Below, piece after piece: positions 40,701-53,350 of a stretch of DNA of 64,000 nucleotides (position 1 is its first letter; each line of letters starts with the position of its first letter). The notes beneath the pieces were generated by a model that did not search any database, was not told the DNA's origin, and saw only the letters and a program-made list of their open reading frames with translations. This stretch comes from Squalus acanthias (Eukaryota). The position numbers were made by a program, and so were the translations under genes. The stretch covers positions 1-64,000 of the forward strand of contig JASTWF010000368.1 in NCBI GenBank assembly GCA_030390025.1, given 5' to 3'.

Positions 40701-43700
40701 AAGGAACGCTCCTTTAATAGTGATTTCAGTGTGTGTGTGAGCCCGGGTGTGAAGGAACACTCCTTTAATAGTGATTTCAGTGTGTGTGAGCCCAGGTGTG
40801 AAGGAACGCTCCTTTAATAGTGATTTCAGTGTGTGTGTGAGCCTGTGTGTGAAGGAACGCTCCTTTAATAGTGATTTCAGTGTGTGTGAGCCCGAGTGTG
40901 AAGGAACGCTCCTTTAATAGTGATTTCAGTGTGTGTGTGAGCCCGGGTGTGAAGGAACGCTCCTTTAATAGTGATTTCAGTGTGTGTGTGAGCCCGGGTG
41001 TGAAGGAACGCCTCTTTAATAGTGATTTCAGTGCGTGTGAGCCCAGGTGTGAAGGAACGCTCGTTTAATAGTGATTTCAGTGTATGTCTGAGCCCGGGTG
41101 TGAAGGAACGCTCCTTTAATAGTGATTTCAGTGTATGTGTGAGCCCGGGTGTGAAGGAACGCTCCTTTAATAGTGATTTCAGTGTGTGTGTGAGCCTGGG
41201 TGTGAAGGAACGCTTCTTTAATAGTGATTTCAGTGTGTATGTGTGAGCCCGGGTGTGAAGGAACGTTCCTTTAATAGTGATTTCAGTGTGTGTGTGAGCC
41301 CGGGTGTGAAGGAACACTCCTTTAATAGTGATTTCAGTGTGTGTGAGCCCGGGTGTGAAGGAACGCTCCTTTAATAGTGATTTCAGTGTGTGTGAGAGCC
41401 CGGGTGTGAAGGAACGCTCCTTTAATAGTGATTTCAGTGTGTGTGAGCCCAGGTGTGAAGGAACGCTCCTTTAATAGTGATTTCAGTGTGTGTGTGAGCC
41501 TGGGTGTGAAGGAACGCTCCTTTAATAGTGATTTCAGTGTGTGTGAGCCCGAGTGTGAAGGAACGCTCCTTTAATAGTGATTTCAGAGTGTGTGTGAGCC
41601 CGGGTGTGAAGGAACGCTCCTTTAATAGTGATTTCAGTGTGTGTGTGAGCCCGGGTGTGAAGGAACGCTTCTTTAATAGTGATTTCAGTGCGTGTGAGCC
41701 CGGGTGTGAAGGAACGCTCCTTTAATAGTGATTTCAGTGTATGTGTGAGCCCGGGTGTGAAGGATCGCTCCTTTAATAGTGATTTCAGTGTGTGTGTGAG
41801 CCTGGGTGTGAAGGAACGCTCCTTTAATCGTGATTTCAGTGTGTATGTGTGAGCCCGGGTGTGAAGGAACGCTCCTTTAATAGTGATTTCAGTGTGTGTG
41901 AGCCCGGGTGTGAAGGAACGCTCCTTTGATAGTGATATCAGAGTGTGTGAGTCCGGGTATGAAGGAACACTCCTTTAATCGTGATTTCAGCGTGTGTGTG
42001 AGCCCGGGTGTGAAGGAACACTCCTTTAATAGTGATTTCAGTGTGTGTGTGAGCCTGGGTGTGAAGGAACGCTCCTTTAATAGTGATTTCAGTGTGTGTG
42101 TGAGCCTGGGTGTGAAGGAACGCTCCTTTAATATTGATTTCAGTGTGTGTGTGAGCCCGGGTGTGAAGGAACGCTCCTTTAATAGTGATTTAAGTGTGTG
42201 TGTGTGTGAGCCCTCGTGTGAACGAACGCTCCTTTAATAGTGATTTCAGTATGTGTATGAGCCTGGGTATGAAGGAACGCTCCTTTAATAGTGATTTCAG
42301 TGTGTGTGTTTGCCCGGGTGTGAAGGAACGCTCCTTTAATAGTGATTTCAGTGTGTGTGAGAGCCTGGGTGTGAAGGAACGCTCCTTTAATAGTGATTTC
42401 AGTGTGTGTGAGAGCCCGGGTATGAAGGAACGCTCCTTTAATAGTGATTTCAGTGTGTGTGAGAGCCCGGGTGTGAAGGAACGCTCCTTTCATAGTGATT
42501 TCAGTGTGTGTGAGAGCCCGGGTGTGAAGGAACGCTCCTTTAATAGTGATTTCAGTGTGTGTGTGAGCCCGGGTGTGAAGGAACGCTCCTTTAAAAGTGA
42601 TTTCAGTGTGTGTGAGAGCCCGGGTGTGAAGGAACGCTCCTTTAATAGTGATTTCAGTGTGTGTGAGCCCGGGTGTGAAGGAACGCTCCTTTGATAGTGA
42701 TATCAGAGTGTGTGAGTCCGGGTATGAAGGAACACTCCTTTAATCGTGATTTCAGCGTGTGTGTGAGCCCGGGTGTGAAGGAACACTCCTTTAATAGTGA
42801 TTTCAGTGTGTGTGTGAGCCAGGGTGTGAAGGAACGCTCCTTTAATAGTGATTTCAGTGTGTGTGTGAGCCTGGGTGTGAAGGAACGCTCCTTTAATAGT
42901 GATTTCAGTGTGTGTGTGAGCCCGGGTGTGAAGGAACGCTCCTTTAATAGTGATTTAAGTGTGTGTGTGTGTGAGCCCTCGTGTGAACGAACGCTCCTTT
43001 AATAGTGATTTCAGTATGTGTATGAGCCTGGGTATGAAGGAACGCTCCTTTAATAGTGATTTCAGTGTGTGTGTTTGCCCGGGTGTGAAGGAACGCTCCT
43101 TTAATAGTGATTTCAGTGTGTGTGAGAGCCTGGGTGTGAAGGAACGCTCCTTTAATAGTGATTTCAGTGTGTGTGAGAGCCCGGGTATGAAGGAACGCTC
43201 CTTTAATAGTGATTTCAGTGTGTGTGAGAGCCCGGGTGTGAAGGAACGCTCCTTTCATAGTGATTTCAGTGTGTGTGAGAGCCCGGGTGTGAAGGAACGC
43301 TCCTTTAATAGTGATTTCAGTGTGTGTGTGAGCCCGGGTGTGAAGGAACGCTCCTTTAAAAGTGATTTCAGTGTGTGTGAGAGCCCGGGTGTGAAGGAAC
43401 GCTCCTTTAATAGTGATTTCAGTGTGTGTGAGAGCCCGGGTGTGAAGGAACGCTCCTTTAATAGTGATTTCAGAGTGTGTGTGAGCCCGGGTGTGAAGGA
43501 ACGCTCCTTTAATAGTGATTTCAGCGTGTCTGTGAGCCCGGGTGTGAAGGAATGCTCCTTTAATAGTGATTTCAGTGTGTGTGAGAGCCCGGGTGTGAAG
43601 GAACACTCCTTTAATAGTGATTTCAGTGTGTGTGTGAGCCCGGGTGTGAAGGAACGCTCCTTTAATAGTGATTTCAGTGTGTGTGTGAGCCCGTGTGTGA

Positions 43701-46700
43701 AGGAACGCTCCTTTACTAGTGATTTCAGTGTGTGTCTGAGCCTGGGTGTGAAGGAACGCTCCTTTAATAGTGATTTCAGTGTGTGTGTGAGCCCGGGTGT
43801 GAAGGAACGCTCCTTTCATAGTGATATCAGTGTGTGTGAGTCCGTGTGTGAAGGAACGCTCCTTTAATAGTGATTTCAATGTGTGTGTGAGCCCAGGTGT
43901 GAAGGAACGCTCCTTTAATAGTGATTTCAGTGTGTGTGTGAGCCTGGGTGTGAAGGAACGCTTCTTTAATAGTGATTTCAGTGTGTATGTGTGAGCCCGG
44001 GTGTGAAGGAACGCCCCTTTAATAGTGATTTCAGTGTGTATGTGTGCCCGGGTGTGAAGGAACGCTCCTTTAATAGTGATTTCAGTGTGTGTGTGAGCCC
44101 GGGTGTAAAGGAACGCTCCTATAATAGTGATTTCAGTGTGTGAGAGCCCGGGTTTGAAGGAACGCTCCTTTAATAGTGATTTCAGTGTGTGTGTGAGCCC
44201 GGGTGTGAAGGAACGCTCCTTTAATATTGATTTCAGTGTGTGTGTGAGCCCGGGCATGAAGGAACGCTCCTTTAATAGTGATTTCAGTGTCTGTGACCCC
44301 GGGTGTGAAGGAACGCTCCTTTAATAGTGATTTCAGTGTGTGTGAGCCTGGGTGTGAAGGATCTCTCCTTTAATAGTGATTTCAGTGTGAGTGTGAGTCC
44401 GGGTGTGAAGGAACACTCCTTTAATAGTGATTCCAGTGTGTGTGTGAGCCCGGGTGTGAAGGAACGCTCCTTTAATAGTGATTTCAGTGTGTCTGTGAGC
44501 CAGGGTGTGAAGGAACGCTCCTTTAATAGTGATTTCAGTGTGTGTGTGAGCCCGGGTGTGAAGGAACGCTCCTTTAATAGTGATTTCAGTGTGTGTGTGA
44601 GCCCGGGTGTGAAGGAACGCTCCTTTAATAGTGATTTCAGTGTGTATGTGTGAGCCCGGGTGTGAAGGAACGCTCCTTTAATAGTGATTTCAGTGTGTGT
44701 GAGCCCGGGTGTGAAGGAACGCTCCTTTGATAGTGATATCAGAGTGTGTGAGTCCGGGTATGAAGGAACACTCCTTTAATCGTGATTTCAGCGTGTGTGT
44801 GAGCCCGGGTGTGAAGGAACGCTCCTTTAATAGTGATTTCAGTGTGTGTGTGAGCCTGGGTGTGAAGGAACGCTCCTTTAATAGTGATTTCAGTGTGTGT
44901 GTGAGCCTGGGTGTGAAGGAACGCTCCTTTAATATTGATTTCAGTGTGTGTGTGAGCCCGGGTGTGAAGGAACGCTCCTTTAATAGTGATTTAAGTGTGT
45001 GTGTGTGTGAGCCCTCGTGTGAACGAACGCTCCTTTAATAGTGATTTCAGTATGTGTATGAGCCTGGGTATGAAGGAACGCTCCTTTAATAGTGATTTCA
45101 GTGTGTGTGTTTGCCCGGGTGTGAAGGAACGCTCCTTTAATAGTGATTTCAGTGTGTGTGAGAGCCTGGGTGTGAAGGAACGCTCCTTTAATAGTGATTT
45201 CAGTGTGTGTGAGAGCCCGGGTATGAAGGAACGCTCCTTTAATAGTGATTTCAGTGTGTGCGAGAGCCCGGGTGTGAAGGAACGCTCCTTTCATAGTGAT
45301 TTCAGTGTGTGTGAGAGCCCGGGTGTGAAGGAACGCTCCTTTAATAGTGATTTCAGTGTGTGTGTGAGCCCGGGTGTGAAGGAACGCTCCTTTAAAAGTG
45401 ATTTCAGTGTGTGTGAGAGCCCGGGTGTGAAGGAACGCTCCTTTAATAGTGATTTCAGTGTGTGTGAGAGCCCGGGTGTGAAGGAACGCTCCTTTAATAG
45501 TGATTTCAGAGTGTGTGTGAGCCCGGGTGTGAAGGAACGCTCCTTTAATAGTGATTTCAGCGTGTCTGTGAGCCCGGGTGTGAAGGAATGCTCCTTTAAT
45601 AGTGATTTCAGTGTGTGTGAGAGCCCGGGTGTGAAGAAACACTCCTTTAATAGTGATTTCAGTGTGTGTGTGAGCCCGGGTGTGAAGGAACGCTCCTTTA
45701 ATAGTGATTTCAGTGTGTGTGTGAGCCCGTGTGTGAAGGAACGCTCCTTTACTAGTGATTTCAGTGTGTGTCTGAGCCTGGGTGTGAAGGAACGCTCCTT
45801 TAATAGTGATTTCAGTGTGTGTGTGAGCCCGGGTGTGAAGGAACGCTCCTTTCATAGTGATATCAGTGTGTGTGAGTCCGTGTGTGAAGGAACGCTCCTT
45901 TAATAGTGATTTCAATGTGTGTGTGAGCCCAGGTGTGAAGGAACGCTCCTTTAATAGTGATTTCAGTGTGACTGTGAGTCCGGGTGTGAAGGAACGCTCC
46001 TTTAATAGTGATTTCAGTGTGTGTGAGCCCGGGTGTGAAGGAACGCACCTTTAATAGTGATTTCAGTGTGTGTGTGAGCCCGGGTGTGAAGGAACGCTCC
46101 TTTAATAGTGATTTCAGTGTGTGTGTGAGCCTGGGTGTGAAGGAACGCTCCTTTAATAGTGATTTCAGTGTGTGTGTGTGAGCCTGGGTGTGAAGGAACA
46201 CTCCTTTAATAGTGATTTCAGTGTGTGTGAGCCTGGGTGTGAAGGAACACTCATTTAACAGTGATTTCAGTGTGTGTGTGAGCCCGGGTGTGAAGGAACG
46301 CTCCTTTAATAGTGATTTCAGTGTGACTGTGAGTCCGGGTGTGAAGGAACGCTCCTTTAATAGTGATTTCAGTGTGTGTGAGCCCGGGTGTGAAGGAACG
46401 CTTCTTTAACAATGATTTCAGTGTGTATGTGTGAGCCCGGGTTTGAAGGAACACTCCTTTAATAGTGATTTCAGTGTGTGTGAGCCCGGGTGTGAAGGAA
46501 CGCTCCTTTAATTGTGATTTCAGTGTGTGTGTGAGCTCGGGTGTGAAGGAACGCTCCTTTAATAGTGATTTCAGTGTGTGTGAGCCCGGGTGTGAAGGAA
46601 CGCTCCTTTAATAGTGATTTCAGTGTGTGTGTGAGCCCGGGTGTGAAGGAACACTCCTTTAATAGTGATTTCAGTGTGTGTGAGCCCGGGTTTGAAGGAA

Positions 46701-49700
46701 TGCTCCTTTAATAGTGATTTCAGTGTGTGTGTGAGCCTGGGTGTGAAGGAACACTCCTTTAATAGTGATTTCAGTGTGTGTGAGCCTGGGTGTGAAGGAA
46801 CGCTCATTTAACAGTGATTTCAGTGTGTGTGTGAGCCCGGGTGTGAAGGAACACTCCTTTAATAGTGATTTCAGTGTGTGTGAGCCCAGGTGTGAAGGAA
46901 CGCTCCTTTAATAGTGATTTCAGTGTGTGTGTGAGCCTGTGTGTGAAGGAACGCTCCTTTAATAGTGATTTCAGTGTGTGTGAGCCCGAGTGTGAAGGAA
47001 CGCTCCTTTAATAGTGATTTCAGTGTGTGTGTGAGCCCGGGTGTGAAGGAACGCTCCTTTAATAGTGATTTCAGTGTGTGTGTGAGCCCTGGTGTGAAGG
47101 AACGCCTCTTTAATAGTGATTTCAGTGCGTGTGAGCCCAGGTGTGAAGGAACGCTCGTTTAATAGTGATTTCAGTGTATGTCTGAGCCCGGGTGTGAAGG
47201 AACGCTCCTTTAATAGTGATTTCAGTGTATGTGTGAGCCCGGGTGTGAAGGAACGCTCCTTTAATAGTGATTTCAGTGTGTGTGTGAGCCTGGGTGTGAA
47301 GGAACGCTTCTTTAATAGTGATTTCAGTGTGTATGTGTGAGCCCGGGTGTGAAGGAACGTTCCTTTAATAGTGATTTCAGTGTGTGTGTGAGCCCGGGTG
47401 TGAAGGAACACTCCTTTAATAGTGATTTCAGTGTGTGTGAGAGCCCGGGTGTGAAGGAACGCTCCTTTAATAGTGATTTCAGTGTGTGTGAGAGCCCGGG
47501 TGTGAAGGAACGCTCCTTTAATAGTGATTTCAGTGTGTGTGAGCCCAGGTGTGAAGGAACGCTCCTTTAATAGTGATTTCAGTGTGTGTGTGAGCCTGGG
47601 TGTGAAGGAACGCTCCTTTAATAGTGATTTCAGTGTGTGTGAGCCCGAGTGTGAAGGAACGCTCCTTTAATAGTGATTTCAGTGTGTGTGTGAGCCCGGG
47701 TGTGAAGGAACGCTCCTTTAATAGTGATTTCAGTGTGTGTGTGAGCCCGGGTGTGAAGGAACGCTTCTTTAATAGTGATTTCAGTGCGTGTGAGCCCGGG
47801 TGTGAAGGAACGCTCCTTTAATAGTGATTTCAGTGTATGTGTGAGCCCGGGTGTGAAGGAACGCTCCTTTAATAGTGATTTCAGTGTGTGTGTGAGCCTG
47901 GGTGTGAAGGAACGCTCCTTTAATCGTGATTTCAGTGTGTATGTGTGAGCCCGGGTGTGAAGGAACGCTCCTTTAATAGTGATTTCAGTGTGTGTGAGCC
48001 CGGGTGTGAAGGAACGCTCCTTTGATAGTGATATCAGAGTGTGTGAGTCCGGGTATGAAGGAACACTCCTTTAATCGTGATTTCAGCGTGTGTGTGAGCC
48101 CGGGTGTGAAGGAACACTCCTTTAATAGTGATTTCAGTGTGTGTGTGAGCCTGGGTGTGAAGGAACGCTCCTTTAATAGTGATTTCAGTGTGTGTGTGAG
48201 CCTGGGTGTGAAGGAACGCTCCTTTAATATTGATTTCAGTGTGTGTGTGAGCCCGGGTGTGAAGGAACGCTCCTTTAATAGTGATTTAAGTGTGTGTGTG
48301 TGTGAGCCCTCGTGTGAACGAACGCTCCTTTAATAGTGATTCCAGTATGTGTATGAGCCTGGGTATGAAGGAACGCTCCTTTAATAGTGATTTCAGTGTG
48401 TGTGTTTGCCCGGGTGTGAAGGAACGCTCCTTTAATAGTGATTTCAGTGTGTGTGAGAGCCTGGGTGTGAAGGAACGCTCCTTTAATAGTGATTTCAGTG
48501 TGTGTGAGAGCCCGGGTATGAAGGAACGCTCCTTTAATAGTGATTTCAGTGTGTGTGAGAGCCCGGGTGTGAAGGAACGCTCCTTTCATAGTGATTTCAG
48601 TGTGTGTGAGAGCCCGGGTGTGAAGGAACGCTCCTTTAATAGTGATTTCAGTGTGTGTGTGAGCCCGGGTGTGAAGGAACGCTCCTTTAAAAGTGATTTC
48701 AGTGTGTGTGAGAGCCCGGGTGTGAAGGAACGCTCCTTTAATAGTGATTTCAGTGTGTGTGAGCCCGGGTGTGAAGGAACGCTCCTTTGATAGTGATATC
48801 AGAGTGTGTGAGTCCGGGTATGAAGGAACACTCCTTTAATCGTGATTTCAGCGTGTGTGTGAGCCCGGGTGTGAAGGAACACTCCTTTAATAGTGATTTC
48901 AGTGTGTGTGTGAGCCTGGGTGTGAAGGAACGCTCCTTTAATAGTGATTTCAGTGTGTGTGTGAGCCTGGGTGTGAAGGAACGCTCCTTTAATATTGATT
49001 TCAGTGTGTGTGTGAGCCCGGGTGTGAAGGAACGCTCCTTTAATAGTGATTTAAGTGTGTGTGTGTGTGAGCCCTCGTGTGAACGAACGCTCCTTTAATA
49101 GTGATTTCAGTATGTGTATGAGCCTGGGTATGAAGGAACGCTCCTTTAATAGTGATTTCAGTGTGTGTGTTTGCCCGGGTGTGAAGGAACGCTCCTTTAA
49201 TAGTGATTTCAGTGTGTGTGAGAGCCTGGGTGTGAAGGAACGCTCCTTTAATAGTGATTTCAGTGTGTGTGTGAGCCCGGGTGTGAAGGAACGCTCCTTT
49301 AATAGTGATTTCAGTGTGTTTGTGAGCCCGGGTGTGAAGGAACGCTCCTTTAATAGTGATTTCAGTGTGTGTGAGAGCCCGGGTATGAAGGAACGCTCCT
49401 TTAATAGTGATTTCAGTGTGTGTGAGAGCCCGGGTGTGAAGGAACGCTCCTTTCATAGTGATTTCAGTGTGTGTGAGAGCCCGGGTGTGAAGGAACGCTC
49501 CTTTAATAGTGATTTCAGTGTGTGTGTGAGCCCGGGTGTGAAGGAACGCTCCTTTAAAAGTGATTTCAGTGTGTGTGAGAGCCCGGGTGTGAAGGAACGC
49601 TCCTTTAATAGTGATTTCAGTGTGTGTGAGAGCCCGGGTGTGAAGGAACGCTCCTTTAATAGTGATTTCAGCGTGTCTGTGAGCCCGGGTGTGAAGGAAT

Positions 49701-51898
49701 GCTCCTTTAATAGTGATTTCAGTGTGTGTGAGAGCCCGGGTGTGAAGGAACACTCCTTTAATAGTGATTTCAGTGTGTGTGTGAGCCCGGGTGTGAAGGA
49801 ACGCTCCTTTAATAGTGATTTCAGTGTGTGTGTGAGCCCGTGTGTGAAGGAACGCTCCTTTACTAGTGATTTCAGTGTGTGTCTGAGCCTGGGTGTGAAG
49901 GAACGCTCCTTTAATAGTGATTTCAGTGTGTGTGTGAGCCCGGGTGTGAAGGAACGCTCCTTTCATAGTGATATCAGTGTGTGTGAGTCCGTGTGTGAAG
50001 GAACGCTCCTTTAATAGTGATTTCAATGTGTGTGTGAGCCCAGGTGTGAAGGAACGCTCCTTTAATAGTGATTTCAGTGTGACTGTGAGTCCGGGTGTGA
50101 AGGAACGCTCCTTTAATAGTGATTTCAGTGTGTCTGTGAGTCCGGGTGTGAAGGAACGCTCCTTTAATAGTGATTTCAGTGCGTGTGTGAGCTCGGGTGT
50201 GAAGGAACGCTCCTTCAATAGTGATTTCAGTGTGTGTGTGAGTCCGGGTGTGAAGGAACGCCCCTTTAATAGTGATTTCAGTGTGTATGTGTGCCCGGGT
50301 GTGAAGGAACGCTCCTTTAATAGTGATTTCAGTGTGTGTGTGAGCCCGGGTGTAAAGGAACGCTCCTATAATAGTGATTTCAGTGTGTGAGAGCCCGGGT
50401 TTGAAGGAACGCTCCTTTAATAGTGATTTCAGTGTCTGTGACCCCGGGTGTGAAGGAACGCTCCTTTAATAGTGATTTCAGTGTGTGTGAGCCTGGGTGT
50501 GAAGGATCTCTCCTTTAATAGTGATTTCAGTGTGAGTGTGAGTCCGGGTGTGAAGGAACACTCCTTTAATAGTGATTCCAGTGTGTGTGTGAGCCCGGGT
50601 GTGAAGGAACGCTCCTTTAATAGTGATTTCAGTGTGTCTGTGAGCCAGGGTGTGAAGGAACGCTCCTTTAATAGTGATTTCAGTGTGTGTGTGAGCCCGG
50701 GTGTGAAGGAACGCTCCTTTAATAGTGATTTCAGTGTGACTGTGAGTCCGGGTGTGAAGGAACGCTCCTTTAATAGTGATTTCAGAGTGACTGTGAGTCC
50801 GGGTGTGAAGGAACGCTCCTTTAATAGTGATTTCAGTGTGTGTGAGCCCGGGTGTAAAGGAACGCTTCTTTAATAGTGATTTCAGTGTGTGTGAGCCCGG
50901 GTTTGAAGGAACGCTCCTTTAATAGTGATTTCAGTGTGTGTCTGAGCCTGGGTGTGAAGGAACACTCCTTTAATAGTGATTTCAGTGTGTGCGTGAGCCC
51001 GGGTGTGAAGGAACGCTCCTTTAATAGTGATTTCAGTGTGTGCGTGAGCCCGGGTGTGAAGGAACGCTCCTTTAATAGTGATTTCAGTGTGTGTGTGAGC
51101 CTGGGTGTGAAGGAACACTCCTTTAATAGTGATTTCAGTGTGTGTGAGCCTGGGTGTGAAGGAACACTCATTTAACAGTGATTTCAGTGTGTGTGTGAGC
51201 CCGGGTGCGAAGGAACGCTCCTTTAATAGTGATTTAAGTGTGACTGTGAGTCCGGGTGTGAAGGAACACTCATTTAATAGTGATTTCAGTGTGTGTGAGC
51301 CCGGGTGTGAAGGAACGCTCGTTTAATAGTGATTTCATTGTGTGTGTGAGCTCGGGTGTGAAGGAACGCTCCTTTAATAGTGATTTCAGTGTGTGTGAGC
51401 CCGGGTGTGAAGAAACGCTCCTTTAATAGTGATTTCAGTGTGTGTGTGTGTGAGCCCAGGTGTGAAGGAACGCTCCTTTAATAGTGATTTCAGTATGTGT
51501 ATGAGCCTGGGTATGAAGGAACGCTACTTTAATAGTGATTTCAGTGTGTGTGTGAGCCCGGGTGTGAAGGAACGCTCCTTTAATAGTGATTTCAGCGTGT
51601 CTGTGAGCCCGGGTGTGAAGGAATGCTCCTTTAATAGTGATTTCAGTGTGTGTGAGAGCCCGGGTGTGAAGGAACACTCCTTTAATAGTGATTTCAGCGT
51701 GTCTGTGAGCCCGGGTGTGAAGGAATGCTCCTTTAATAGTGATTTCAGTGTGTGTGAGAGCCCGGGTGTGAAGGAACACTCCTTTAATAGTGATTTCAGT
51801 GTGTGTCTGAGCCTGGGTGTGAAGGAACGCTCCTTTAATAGTGATTTCAGTGTGTGTGTGAGCCCGGGTGAGAGGGAGCGCTCCTTTAATAGTGAATT
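13702..51898 (+). repeat. ~38 kb satellite, 49/51(53)-bp unit GCTCCTTTAATAGTGATTTCA(GT)4-6GAGCCCGGGTGTGAAGGAAC, roughly 760 copies
   Basis: Uninterrupted head-to-tail repeats whose length varies with the internal GT tract. Copy number is estimated as array length divided by ~50. Confidence 0.99.
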
Positions 51899-52399
51899 CT
51901 GCAATCTCCGCAGTCCAGTCTCCTTCGGACCTCATTGCTTGTTCCCATAATCTGGAATCAATAAGTCGTGCGAAGTTAAGTGGGTATCTTAGCGCACATC
52001 TCCCCACTGAACCTGTTGATTTAATTGTGGGGCCATTTGTAAAAGGGTCTCGGCAGGTCCAATTATGTTTACCGGATAACTTGAGACATCAGTGAATAAT
52101 CTCAGCTCACTGTGGCACCCTCTCTCTTCATTTAATGAGTCCTACAGCCCACAACCTACTCAGTAAAACCACTTCTAAGCAAACACAATCTCATTTCAAC
52201 CACTTTATCAGCAGTAATGGATTTCGCTCCCCAAAGAAATCCTTTTCTCAATTCTGATCAAATTTATTCTATCTGTTAAGAGTCTGTATGCTGGATAGAG
52301 TGGGACTGAGCCGCATACACATATCAGAGGAGGAAATGCCCACGCTCCATTTCCAGCCTGTGTTCAGCTGGCCTCACCTTACCCCAGTTCCTACTCGTG

Positions 52400-53350
52400 C
52401 TCACTGCCCAGGGACCCGTGGGTTAGAGAAAGAGGGAGAGGGCAAGCAGCCAGGGTTTCTGCTCGAGATCACTGCCCAGTGACCCCTGGGTTAGAGAGAG
52501 AGGGGAAATCAGCCAGGGTTCCTGCTCCTGATCACTGCCCAGCGACCCCTGGGTTAGAGAGAGAGGGGAAATCAGCCAGGGTTCCTGCTCCTGATCACTG
52601 TCCAGTGACCCCTGGGTTAGAGAGAGGGGAAATCAGCCAGGGTTCCTGCTCCTGATTACTGTCCAGTGACCCCTGGGTTAGAGAGAGGGGGAAATCAGCC
52701 AGGGTTCCTGCTCCTGATCACTGTCCAGCAACCCCTGGGTTAGAGAGAGGGGAAATCAGCCAGGGTTCCTGCTCCTGATTACTGTCCAGCGACCCCTGGG
52801 TTAGAGAGAGGGGAAATCAGCCAGGGTTCCTGCTCCTGATCACTGTCCAGCAACCCCTGGGTTAGAGAGAGGGGAAATCAGCCAGGGTTCCTGCTCCTGA
52901 TTACTGTCCAGCGACCCCTGGGTTAGAGAGAGGGGAAATCAGCCAGGGTTCCTGCTCCTGATTACTGTCCAGTGACCCCTGGGTTAGAGAGAGGGGGAAA
53001 TCAGCCAGGGTTCCTGCTCCTGATCACTGTCCAGCGACCCCTGGGTTAGAGAGAGGGGAAATCAGCCAGGGTTCCTGCTCCTGATCACTGTCCAGTGACG
53101 CCTGGGTTAGAGAGAGAGGGGAAATCAGCCAGGGTTCCTGCTCCTGATCACTGTCCAGTGACCCCTGGGTTAGAGAGAGAGGGGTAATCAGCCAGGGTTC
53201 CTGCTCCCGATCACTGTCCCAGTGACCCCTGGGTTAGAGAGAGGGGAAATCAGCCAGGGTTCCTGCTCCTGATCACTGTCCAGTGACCCCAGGGTTAGAG
53301 AGAGGGGAAATCAGCCAGGCTTCCTGCTCCTGATCACTGTGCAGTGACCA
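52400..53350 (+). repeat. ~60-62 bp minisatellite, same family as 9215-9999, ~15 copies
   Basis: Direct tandem periodicity with the same consensus. Confidence 0.95.

Noticed and set aside
13702..51898. CRISPR-like array or repeat-protein gene (ORFs such as SPGVKERSFNSDFSVCV)
   Set aside because: There are no unique spacers or cas genes. The ORFs arise because 51 is divisible by 3, and they break at every 49-bp unit.
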